Below are positions 17,135-25,267 of a stretch of 25,616 bases of DNA, one piece after another; within the stretch, counting starts at the first letter, position 1, and the number at the start of each line of letters is the position of its first letter. The DNA comes from a virus. Lineage: Duplodnaviria > Caudoviricetes. The position numbers and the translations under genes are program-made. The notes under the pieces were generated by a model. It worked only from the letters and a program-made list of their open reading frames with translations. It was not told the origin of the DNA and did no database searches. The DNA lies in the IMG/VR virus record IMGVR_UViG_3300009418_000106, positions 1-25,616 of that record, one strand, 5' to 3'.

Positions 17135-17440
17135 ATGGGTATAAATTATGACAAATTCCGACAGGACAAGCGCGGCCATTGGAAATATTGTGGGGTCGGC
17201 GTTGAGCTACTGACACCAGAACGCATGAAGAGAGCGCGAAAACCCATATATGGGGCGCGTGTCACCGCGGCATGGTTTCCGACCTACTGTGATAGCCGCC
17301 AGTGTGGCGAAACTATCTACCTAGAAGATGACCATTGCGCGAACTTTTACCCGCGGCAACATAAAATGATGTTAATGCACGCGAATTGCGCTTGGAGTAA
17401 TTTGTTCGCCCAGATTAGTGAACTTGGACGGTCATTATAG
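17135..17440 (+). CDS. Hypothetical protein with Cys/His motifs (101 aa)
   Basis: ATG with GAGGAGAGG RBS; CDSRQC...HANC is a possible Zn site. Confidence 0.65.
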   Translation: MGINYDKFRQDKRGHWKYCGVGVELLTPERMKRARKPIYGARVTAAWFPTYCDSRQCGETIYLEDDHCANFYPRQHKMMLMHANCAWSNLFAQISELGRSL

Positions 17441-17477
17441 TTTCAACTAGCCGAATAGGCAGAGAGAGAGGAACAAA

Positions 17478-18491
17478 TTGGATAGAGCACACCTAGAGGC
17501 ACTTAGCATACATGACCTGCGGCGCATGGCAACCGCCGCAGGGATAGCATCGGCCAAGAAGTCTATAATTGTGGCCGCTCTGGCTGACGATTACAGAGAC
17601 GGGCCGTCAGTCCATATGGACCCTGTCACCACCCTGACACCACCACCTGTAGAGGATCGGGAACAGGTCATCTGGCCTGACGTGCCGCCCGGCACCGCTG
17701 ACATTAACGGCAGCTATGTGCTGCCGCCGTGGTATCAGGAACTGACTGCGGCTGTGACCATTGGTCATGTCGAGTTAATGGGGCCAGCCGGGAGTGGGAA
17801 GACGCTGGCTGTGCACCACCTAGCAGCGGCGCAGGGCCGCAGGCTGGCAGTAGTCACGGCTGATGGTGGCCTGAGGAAGCGTGACCTAGTAGGCACCCGT
17901 GAGTTGATAGGTGGACGTACTGTATTTCAGGCCAGCGAGTTTGCGAGTGCCGCCAAAAACGGTGACTGGGCACTCATAGACGAGGCCAACATGGCAGAGC
18001 CTGACGCACTGGGGTTCCTCAATGGTATGCTTGACCGCCCCGGCACCATAGGCTCTACCTTTGTGGTAGGCGGTAGGGCTATCGAGGTGCACCCGGATTT
18101 CCGGTGCTTTCTTACCCGGAACCCCGGCTACCAAGGCACCAAGCTCATGAACGAGGCATTGCGTGACAGGTTCTGGTCTATCACCGTGCCACCGTTGTTG
18201 GGTGAGGGCCTGACGGCTATGCTCAGGGCACACAAAGTCAGGAAGGCCTACATACCCGATGCGGTTATGATGATCGAGCGTCTGTACGTAGCATGGGAAG
18301 GCCAGAGGATCAGCTACCAGATATCTCCTCGCCGGGCACTGGCGGCTGCCAAGATGGCAGACCTGACCAAGACACCCTTCCGGGATATGCTAACAACCTC
18401 AATCCTCACCAAGATCGATGTGCAGCACGAGCGCAACGCCGTCGCGGCGGTTATCAAGGCCGTCTGGACGGCACGAGATTACTCAGGGTAG
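17478..18491 (+). CDS. MoxR/CbbQ/CobS-like AAA+ ATPase with short N-terminal Rho-N/HeH-like domain
   Basis: Walker A GPAGSGKT, Walker B ALIDE, 'VHPDFR', 'NPGYQGT', arginine finger 'ALRDRF' and sensor-2 'ISPR'. Confidence 0.85.
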   Translation: MDRAHLEALSIHDLRRMATAAGIASAKKSIIVAALADDYRDGPSVHMDPVTTLTPPPVEDREQVIWPDVPPGTADINGSYVLPPWYQELTAAVTIGHVELMGPAGSGKTLAVHHLAAAQGRRLAVVTADGGLRKRDLVGTRELIGGRTVFQASEFASAAKNGDWALIDEANMAEPDALGFLNGMLDRPGTIGSTFVVGGRAIEVHPDFRCFLTRNPGYQGTKLMNEALRDRFWSITVPPLLGEGLTAMLRAHKVRKAYIPDAVMMIERLYVAWEGQRISYQISPRRALAAAKMADLTKTPFRDMLTTSILTKIDVQHERNAVAAVIKAVWTARDYSG

Positions 18492-18522
18492 AAAAAAATA
18501 AAAATATTTTTGGAGGTATGAA

Positions 18523-19617
18523 ATGGCTAGATCAGATCAGGGATACACCAAGGCACGACAGGGCAGCAGCCGCATTAGTGGTGGGCGCAGCAGAGCCTTC
18601 AGCACCTACGCCGCAGAGGCGAGGAAGGATGAGCTGGTAGCGTTCTACTTGGATCACAAGCTCAGGGGTATTCTGGATGTGCTGGGTGACGTTGATGATG
18701 AAACCCGTATGGCTATCAGGGAGGGCATGACTGAGGAATACAACGAGTCCACGATGACTAAGGCAGAGATCGAGAGTGCTGTCTACAAGGACTCTCGTGA
18801 GAACGGTGCTCAGGCACTGCTTGGTAACGAGCGTAAGACACGCATGGTGCAGGAGGCAGACGCACTTGTAGCTGCCCTTGAGTCAGCCACTAGGAGCCAC
18901 GAACTGGAGAACCTAGACGAGGGTGAGTGGCTTGACGATCCCGTGGGCCTGCTGACTGATGGCTCTGGGTGGGGAGAGGAGCGACTAGGTGCGCGAGGGT
19001 ACGAGAAGCACGTTAACATAGCGGTGGACAACTCAGGCTCAACACATATGCCTGTTACCGGGTACTGCGCCGCGGCTATGGAGGATGTCGCTAACAACCT
19101 AATGGAGGTTCTGTTTGTCGCAGCCAGCAAGTGGCCCGGTGTCACATGGGATGCGTATAGCTACAACCGCATTGCCCATGTGCACACTGGTAGCAGGGGT
19201 CAACGGAGGCGGCTTGCGATGGTACGCCAAGCGATGCAGCGCATGGTTGTTGAGAACCCCCGCCGCACCGATGCAGTCCAGACAAACCTAGCACCCCTGA
19301 TCGAGAGTATGTACGACACAGAGGTGAGGCGCAACCTCATAGGTAGCCCGCGTCTGGATATCATCCTCACTGATGGTGAGTTCGAAAGCCAGAAGGATGC
19401 CGATGCGGCAGCGGAGTGGCAGCGCAAGCGTGGTGCAGGCGTAACCACCTATGTCCTGAACCTCTGCCCGGAGACACCAAGTGACGTTACCCTGCCCCAC
19501 CAGTTCCGGGTTATCCCTCTCAGGTGTGTCACTGGCAGCGAACTCCGCAAAGAGGTGGACGGCGAGGGGCTGCGGCAGGCCCTGATGCAAGTCGTGCTAA
19601 GCGAGGTGGGAAAATAA
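18523..19617 (+). CDS. vWA (MIDAS) domain protein, partner of the MoxR-type ATPase
   Basis: MIDAS 'IAVDNSGS', conserved Thr in 'QTNL' and 'IILTDGE'; directly downstream of the AAA+ gene; GGAGG RBS. Confidence 0.82.
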   Translation: MARSDQGYTKARQGSSRISGGRSRAFSTYAAEARKDELVAFYLDHKLRGILDVLGDVDDETRMAIREGMTEEYNESTMTKAEIESAVYKDSRENGAQALLGNERKTRMVQEADALVAALESATRSHELENLDEGEWLDDPVGLLTDGSGWGEERLGARGYEKHVNIAVDNSGSTHMPVTGYCAAAMEDVANNLMEVLFVAASKWPGVTWDAYSYNRIAHVHTGSRGQRRRLAMVRQAMQRMVVENPRRTDAVQTNLAPLIESMYDTEVRRNLIGSPRLDIILTDGEFESQKDADAAAEWQRKRGAGVTTYVLNLCPETPSDVTLPHQFRVIPLRCVTGSELRKEVDGEGLRQALMQVVLSEVGK

Positions 19618-19637
19618 AAAAATAAAATTATCTAGAG

Positions 19638-19669
19638 GGATACACCCCATGTACAGGTGGGGTGTGTCC
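19638..19669 (+). terminator. Strong RNA hairpin after the vWA gene (possible terminator)
   Basis: GGATACACCCCAT / GTGGGGTGTGTCC forms a 13-bp stem with two G-U pairs on the plus strand; no U-tract follows. Confidence 0.45.
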
Positions 19670-19675
19670 TAGTGG

Positions 19676-19704
19676 TTGACACTGGTAACACGTTAGACTA
19701 TCAT
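19676..19704 (+). promoter_or_regulatory. Near-consensus sigma70 promoter
   Basis: TTGACA (19676-19681), 17-nt spacer, TATCAT (19699-19704), ~30 bp upstream of the ATG at 19736. Confidence 0.8.
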
Positions 19705-19735
19705 AGCTACATACTTTGAAGGAGGAGGACAACTA

Positions 19736-20125
19736 ATGGCAATGAGAACCACACAGGGTGGAGCCTTTATCTGGGTGGCGGGCGACCCTGACCATGAGCA
19801 AGACACGATGCGCTCTCTCATGGAGCATGGCTACAGCTTGCCAGACGCACAGGTTATCAATCATCGCCGTGGGAGTAGGGGCTATCAGCTTGTGCGGTCA
19901 ATCTACGGATGGACAGTGCGGAGCGATAGCGGCATTGATGGATGGGCGATACGCTATCAGCCAAACAGGCAGAAACAGGCTCCCGATGCAGGATTCAAGG
20001 AGTGCGTTGCGTGGGTGAGGGGCGTCTGTGCTGGCACAAATGATACCGCTTTCGTGCGAGGCCATGAGGCACAGAGGTATGGCGATGAAATGGACATGAC
20101 GGACATGAAGGAGGTCAACTCATGA
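19736..20125 (+). CDS. Hypothetical protein (129 aa)
   Basis: Strong AGGAGG RBS; first gene after the promoter. Confidence 0.7.
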   Translation: MAMRTTQGGAFIWVAGDPDHEQDTMRSLMEHGYSLPDAQVINHRRGSRGYQLVRSIYGWTVRSDSGIDGWAIRYQPNRQKQAPDAGFKECVAWVRGVCAGTNDTAFVRGHEAQRYGDEMDMTDMKEVNS

Positions 20126-20394
20126 CAAGCGACTATACTAGCTGGTCATTTACGGATGAAGACATAGATGTTCTCAAGGAACTGGGAGAGGAGATCGGGC
20201 GTAGTCTAGAATGTAACGCAAATGGTACAACTGCGGACGTAAGACGCTGGCAGAAAGCCAAGAAGGAGAAACTAGGCACGGCCTGTAAGGTTCACAGGTA
20301 TCATGCTATGGAGCATATGATTACGTATCTGCAAATGCACCACTTTCGCGTAGAGGCAGGCATTGATCTTGAGTCAGTGAAGGAGGTCAACTAA
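20122..20394 (+). CDS. Hypothetical protein (90 aa)
   Basis: AGGAGGT RBS; start/stop overlaps on both sides; bracketed by 15-bp direct repeats. Confidence 0.72.
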   Translation: MTSDYTSWSFTDEDIDVLKELGEEIGRSLECNANGTTADVRRWQKAKKEKLGTACKVHRYHAMEHMITYLQMHHFRVEAGIDLESVKEVN

Positions 20395-20744
20395 TGGCAG
20401 ACATAACAGGACACACACCGGGGCCGTGGACGGTTGACCATGAGCGGATCGGGCCGTGGGGCGAGCCAGTGGCATTGCTCTGCGATAGCCACGCACCTGA
20501 GTCCGGTACGATAGTGGAGTGGCCACGGTTTGGAGAGGTGGTTGACGATGCTGAGAACGAGGCCAACGCGCGGTTATTGGCCTCTGCCCCTGATCTGCTA
20601 GCCGCCCTCATACAACTCATGGAATGGGAAGGCGATGAGGCTGGCTTCTACCCAGAGGATGACACACAGCAAAGAGCCAACGAGGTATGGCAGGATGCCT
20701 TTGATGCCATCGCCAAGGCGCGAGGAGCGGTGACGCATGCGTGA
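20394..20744 (+). CDS. Conserved phage protein of the 'HTPGPW...ANARLIAAAPDLL' type
   Basis: Contains HTPGPW and EANARLLASAPDLLAAL, a widespread phage family of unknown function. Confidence 0.8.
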   Translation: MADITGHTPGPWTVDHERIGPWGEPVALLCDSHAPESGTIVEWPRFGEVVDDAENEANARLLASAPDLLAALIQLMEWEGDEAGFYPEDDTQQRANEVWQDAFDAIAKARGAVTHA

Positions 20745-21000
20745 ACTAGACTACCCATTCATTCGGTGTGTACTGTGCGAGGGCATAGCCCTCAGCCCTC
20801 GCCGTCTCTGCTCGTACTGTGAGGCACAGGAAGCTATGAAGAAAATACAGGAAACTATAAGGGAGCTAGCAACTATCCGGGGGCGGTGTACATTCTGTCG
20901 CGAGTTGACTGTAGTTACGCACCGAAACCTTCATCTTCGCACTGATCATAGGTACGCACTCATCTGTGCCGATTGTGAAGAGGGCTACGGCTCGGAGTAG
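20737..21000 (+). CDS. Small double zinc-finger-like protein
   Basis: Four CxxC pairs (CVLC, CSYC, CTFC, CADC). Confidence 0.7.
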   Translation: MRELDYPFIRCVLCEGIALSPRRLCSYCEAQEAMKKIQETIRELATIRGRCTFCRELTVVTHRNLHLRTDHRYALICADCEEGYGSE

Positions 21001-21015
21001 AAAGGGGGTGAAACA

Positions 21016-21132
21016 TTGGACATAGACCTAGAGGACAGGGGAGTGGGGTGGGTCGTTGCAGGCACGATTGGACTAGTCATGGGCGTACTGGCAGCGATAT
21101 TGGTTAGGAAAAGGAAAAAGAAGGAGGAGTGA
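21016..21132 (+). CDS. 38-aa single-pass membrane peptide (absent from ORF track)
   Basis: TTG start after AAAGGGGGTG; MDIDLEDRGVGWVVAGTIGLVMGVLAAILVRKRKKKEE; fills the gap between neighbouring genes. Confidence 0.7.
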   Translation: MDIDLEDRGVGWVVAGTIGLVMGVLAAILVRKRKKKEE

Positions 21133-21133
21133 T

Positions 21134-21667
21134 ATGCCACGGATGTCAGAACAGAGACGCACGTATATTAGGGACGCAATCAGGGCTGGAATAGCAGTTG
21201 TGAAGATCAAGGATATGTTTGGCACTAGCGTGGGGACTATAGTCAAACTCAAACGGGAGCTGGGGATCCCTATACTCCAACAACGTAAACGCAAGGGGCT
21301 GGCAGCAGTGCAGGAGGTAGCACAGGCTATGCAAGCCACAGTCATGCACCACAGGGATATCCCCCGGGTATACGGCGTAGAGCCAGTGCCACAGGAGGAT
21401 AGCACAGATACCACCATGTATGATTTGTTGGGTGATGAGGTGCAGCCAGATACACCCCAGACATACACACCGCAGGAGTATTTCGAGGCTATAGCTGATG
21501 GCCTACGTCAGCGTGACGTGGAGATCAACACCGTGAGGCTGGAACGGGATCGGTTTCGAGCGGAAAACCAGAAGCTGTTGTCTGATTTATCGCAATGTAA
21601 ACTACAGATGGCTAACTGGTCGGGGCCGTCAGCCCTGCCGGGTAAGTCGCTGGGAAATGGAGGTTAG
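21134..21667 (+). CDS. Putative HTH DNA-binding protein with C-terminal coiled coil
   Basis: 'VVKIKDMFGTSVGTIVKLKRELG' is HTH-like; heptad-like C-terminal segment; AGGAGG RBS. Confidence 0.6.
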   Translation: MPRMSEQRRTYIRDAIRAGIAVVKIKDMFGTSVGTIVKLKRELGIPILQQRKRKGLAAVQEVAQAMQATVMHHRDIPRVYGVEPVPQEDSTDTTMYDLLGDEVQPDTPQTYTPQEYFEAIADGLRQRDVEINTVRLERDRFRAENQKLLSDLSQCKLQMANWSGPSALPGKSLGNGG

Positions 21668-21919
21668 GTGCAGAACCAGATATGGATCAGGCTCAACGAC
21701 ACATCGGTGAGGCTGTACTCACCACAAGAGGCCGCCGATTACTGCGGTGGCCCGGACGGGGCAGTCAGTGTAGGGACCATCAACAGGTGGCGTAACACAG
21801 GCTGGCTCAGATCCCTCCCATTTGGGAGGGGATACTACTACACCTTGGATGCTCTCAATGAGTGTCTGGAACTACGAAACCTTGGCAACAGAATCACAAC
21901 AGAAAGAGGACAACAGTGA
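21668..21919 (+). CDS. Excisionase/MerR-like HTH protein
   Basis: 'LYSPQEAADYC...SVGTINRWRNTGWL...YYYTLDAL' fits the HTH_17/MerR pattern; GGAGG RBS. Confidence 0.75.
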   Translation: MQNQIWIRLNDTSVRLYSPQEAADYCGGPDGAVSVGTINRWRNTGWLRSLPFGRGYYYTLDALNECLELRNLGNRITTERGQQ

Positions 21920-22575
21920 CTAACGCAAACAGTGTACCAGTTATTAAACAGACCGCTACGGTTGAGGGTGACGTTACGGATATCGTGTTCAAGCCCAACC
22001 GCAACGGTAAGGAATTTGTGACAGTCAGCATCCAGAAAACGGGGCTTGAGTTCCCCATCAACGCGAGGTCTACGGATGTTGAGATCATAGGGAGGATGCA
22101 GAACGCCAAGGGCCACATGACCGCAGGCCGGGAGGTGTGGCTGGCGGTCGAGGTGACCGAATCCCCTACGCCCAATGGGAACGGGGTGTTCCGCGATATC
22201 ACCCGAATACTAAGGGCATCACTGGACGGCACGCCACAAGAGCCAGACACCGAGGACACACGCCCAGCACCAGCCCCGGCATCATGGGGTGGCAGCATAG
22301 ACGAGAGGATCGCATGGAACTCAGCGATAAACAATGCTGTTAGTAAGATTCCTATGCCTTATGATGACACTGGGTGGCTCAATGAAGTTGACACCTTGGC
22401 GCAAGTCATCTATCCCCTCATCCGCAGAGGGCCAACACCACCAGTAGAGAATGCCCCAGAAGGGCCCGTAGAGGCCCAAGAACCTGATGTAGACCTGCCG
22501 GTAGACCCATTGGATGGAGAAGCTCCTCCCCTTGGGGATTTGGACGAGCCAGCCCCGGAGGTGTTTGAGGTATGA
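21916..22575 (+). CDS. Putative single-stranded DNA-binding protein (OB-fold-like, acidic tail)
   Basis: GTG at 21916 preferred (AGAGGA RBS, GTGA overlap); beta-rich N-terminus, acidic Pro-rich C-terminus ending in a hydrophobic tip; adjacent to the exonuclease. Confidence 0.5.
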   Translation: MTNANSVPVIKQTATVEGDVTDIVFKPNRNGKEFVTVSIQKTGLEFPINARSTDVEIIGRMQNAKGHMTAGREVWLAVEVTESPTPNGNGVFRDITRILRASLDGTPQEPDTEDTRPAPAPASWGGSIDERIAWNSAINNAVSKIPMPYDDTGWLNEVDTLAQVIYPLIRRGPTPPVENAPEGPVEAQEPDVDLPVDPLDGEAPPLGDLDEPAPEVFEV

Positions 22576-23291
22576 GTGCCACAGTCAGGATGGAAACAAA
22601 AAAGGTGGGTAGGAATTCCCAGCACCTGTACTATGTGGATGGCGATCCTCTGGTAGACCCGGCGGTACCCATGCCTAGCTGTAGCACGGTGAGTGGATTC
22701 GTAGACCGGGGTGGTGACAGCCTCATCTACTGGGGCATTGACCATTACATTGCCACCGGAGAGCGCGACAGGTTCGTGACAGCACGGGACGAGGCTGGTG
22801 CGCTGGGTACGCAACTCCACTCAGAGATAGAGTACTACATTGCCAACAAGGAGCATCCCAAAGACCCGTCCATGCTGTACTCCAACTGGTACGCCTCGGT
22901 AGGTGAGAGGGTGGGCTGGTGGGTCGTAACAGAGGAGATGGTCTACCACGGTGGCCTTGGCTATGGTGGCACCTGTGATAGCATCGGCATTGTCGATGGG
23001 GTGCCAACCCTGTTCGATTGGAAATCTGCGAACTTCCTCGATAGCAAGGGGAAGCAGAAGAAGAACTTAGGACAGGTAGGCCACGCGTCACAGTTGGGTG
23101 GCTACCTACTGGCTCTGGAGTACATGGGGCGGCCTGTTATCACACAGGCTGCCATCGTGTATGTAGCCCGTGACACTAGGGACGTTGAGTGGCAGTGGGT
23201 GGACATCCCTGTAGCCAAAGAAATGTTCAAGGCATCGCTACAGGTATACAGGGCTACTCGCCCCAAGGCATTCCTGAAGGGGGGTGAGTGA
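22572..23291 (+). CDS. PD-(D/E)XK exonuclease (RecB/Cas4-like phage type)
   Basis: 'PSCST', 'GTQLH', 'YGGTCD', 'LFDWKS' and 'QLGGY' motifs. Confidence 0.82.
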   Translation: MSATVRMETKKVGRNSQHLYYVDGDPLVDPAVPMPSCSTVSGFVDRGGDSLIYWGIDHYIATGERDRFVTARDEAGALGTQLHSEIEYYIANKEHPKDPSMLYSNWYASVGERVGWWVVTEEMVYHGGLGYGGTCDSIGIVDGVPTLFDWKSANFLDSKGKQKKNLGQVGHASQLGGYLLALEYMGRPVITQAAIVYVARDTRDVEWQWVDIPVAKEMFKASLQVYRATRPKAFLKGGE

Positions 23292-23578
23292 TGAGAACGC
23301 CTAGAGGTGGACGCATGGGTATCCCTTTGTGTGGGGGAATGCACGGCACCCGGTCGGAGTACCTGTGCATGGACTGCCAGCACCTTGCACTGCGGCAGGC
23401 CGAGGTGTTGGCACTGGAGAGGCGCAACGAATTGCTAGAAGAGGAGCTGGAGCTGGAGTACCGTGGGATGCGGAGGCCACGGAGAGAGGCACCGCCACCA
23501 CCGCCACCACCAGCCCCGGCGAAACAGAATCACAGTGGAGGGGTAGATGTTAGACCAAGATCCGTCAACACCGCTTAA
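23288..23578 (+). CDS. Small Zn-finger/coiled-coil/Pro-rich protein
   Basis: CGGMH...CMDC, short coiled coil, poly-Pro; GTGA overlap with the upstream gene. Confidence 0.55.
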   Translation: MMRTPRGGRMGIPLCGGMHGTRSEYLCMDCQHLALRQAEVLALERRNELLEEELELEYRGMRRPRREAPPPPPPPAPAKQNHSGGVDVRPRSVNTA

Positions 23579-24857
23579 CACATTTGACATCGAGGGATCA
23601 GGGGGTCAGTACAAATTGTACTGGCCCAACCTCCACGTTCAGGCTGATGTGTCCCTGTTCAAGGTCATGCCTGACCTCAGCCTCTCCGCTGAGGTTGAGT
23701 TCACCTCGGAGCGACCCAACTCCAACGCGTCAGGACACGTCCTGCGGCGCAGGGTAAACCTCAGCAACCCCTCTGCGCCGTACATTAAGAGCCTCGAGGA
23801 TGAGGACGAGAGCCTCAGTTGGAAACATATCGTAGGCCAGCTATGCGTAGCAGCTACCGATGCGTACCGCCGGGGTGCCCCGGAGATAGAGATGGTGGGA
23901 CAGATAAAGGCCGCCCCGGAGGGACACTGGCTGATCAAGCCGCTAGTGCAGGCAGGGCACCCCACCCTGATCTACGGAGAGGGCTCCTCTGGCAAGTCAT
24001 GGCTGGGCCAGTACCTGAGTGTCCTAGTCCACGAGGGCATGAGTGCATCGGGGCTGGAGGTGGAACAGGCGAGGGTATTGTATCTGGATTGGGAGACAGA
24101 CCTTCAGGAAATCGGGTCCCGTTTAGCCATGATACGCAAGGGGCTTGGCCTGTCTGAGTACACAGAGTCAGGCATATGGTATAAGTACATGACTCAGGGG
24201 TTGTCCAGTGACATAGCAGTGGTCAGGAAAATCATACTGGACAGGGGTATCTCCTTCGTGGTTTGTGACTCTCTGGGGTCTGCCTGCATGGGTGAACCAG
24301 AGAGCGCAGAGGTGGTGCTCAAGTTATTCGGGGCTATCAGAAGCCTTGGAGTGACAAGCCTCTGCATTGACCACACCAATAAGTCTGACGTGCTGTTCGG
24401 ATCTGTCTACAAACGCAATGCAAGCAGGCTGGTGTACCACGTCAAGAAGAGTCAGCGTGAACAGGACGAGGAGTTTGAATTCGCCTTGCTCCATGAGAAG
24501 GCTAACAACAGCAGGCTGATCCACCCCCTAGGGTGGAGCCTCCGGTTCGACAACGACGAGGGTACGGCCACGTTCACCCGGCGTGATGTTAAGAAGACCC
24601 GGCTTGAGAGCGAGATGACAGTAAGGGAGCGCATTAAGAACTACCTAGAGGAGTGCTCAGCCCCCCAGTCTGTTGTAGACATTGCAGAGGCTCTGGGCAA
24701 GGGCAGCACCCATATCAGCAAGGAGCTAAGCTCCAACAAGGATATGTTCAAGGTGGTTGGCAAGGGATTCTATGAGACTATCAAGACTGAGGAGGAGGAG
24801 TGGGCGGCACAGAGTGTACCCATTCCCCCGGTAGGAGCAACAGATTGGGAAGCTTAA
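23547..24857 (+). CDS. RepA/AAA_25-type (SF4-like) helicase with C-terminal winged-helix-like domain
   Basis: 'WLIKPL', Walker A GEGSSGKS, 'VLYLDWE', Walker B 'VVCDS', 'IDHTNK', 'FGS'; C-terminal 'SVVDIAEALGKGSTHISKELS'. Confidence 0.8.
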   Translation: MLDQDPSTPLNTFDIEGSGGQYKLYWPNLHVQADVSLFKVMPDLSLSAEVEFTSERPNSNASGHVLRRRVNLSNPSAPYIKSLEDEDESLSWKHIVGQLCVAATDAYRRGAPEIEMVGQIKAAPEGHWLIKPLVQAGHPTLIYGEGSSGKSWLGQYLSVLVHEGMSASGLEVEQARVLYLDWETDLQEIGSRLAMIRKGLGLSEYTESGIWYKYMTQGLSSDIAVVRKIILDRGISFVVCDSLGSACMGEPESAEVVLKLFGAIRSLGVTSLCIDHTNKSDVLFGSVYKRNASRLVYHVKKSQREQDEEFEFALLHEKANNSRLIHPLGWSLRFDNDEGTATFTRRDVKKTRLESEMTVRERIKNYLEECSAPQSVVDIAEALGKGSTHISKELSSNKDMFKVVGKGFYETIKTEEEEWAAQSVPIPPVGATDWEA

Positions 24858-25267
24858 ATAATTGGGATGAACTGGACAAAGCGGCTAGCCTCCTGAGCCT
24901 TGCCCAAGCGCATGGCCTTGTGCTAGCCAGAAATGGTGACAAGCTCTCAATGTCACAGGCTGAGAAGCATGATGACCCTAACCTCCATATCGTCTTCCGT
25001 GCTCTGGCTGCGAATAAGCAGAACGTACTGGCCATGATGGAAGACGGAGTGGCGGTGCGCCAGTGGCTATACAGGACACAGCAACATCTCATCAACCTCC
25101 ACAACGCACTCAATGACACGATGGATAACTGGGTCAACGTAGAGAAGATGTACCTAGCCCTACACCCTGATAGTCAGGGATGTCTGTGTGACCCCGGCAA
25201 ATGCAGGGATGACGCAGTGATACGGTGCACACCCTGTGCCACAGGAGAGGATAATGGAAAAAAATAA
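24845..25267 (+). CDS. Hypothetical replication-region protein (TubC-N-docking-like N-terminus, Cys-rich C-terminus)
   Basis: TTG at 24845 preferred (AGGAG RBS); 'LLSLAQAHGLVLARNGDKL' resembles small domains found beside phage primase/helicase genes. Confidence 0.55.
   Translation: MGSLNNWDELDKAASLLSLAQAHGLVLARNGDKLSMSQAEKHDDPNLHIVFRALAANKQNVLAMMEDGVAVRQWLYRTQQHLINLHNALNDTMDNWVNVEKMYLALHPDSQGCLCDPGKCRDDAVIRCTPCATGEDNGKK

Noticed and set aside
22572-23291. Cas4/CRISPR adaptation role for the exonuclease
   Set aside because: Lacks the Cas4 four-Cys cluster pattern; SSB/helicase context indicates phage recombination and replication.
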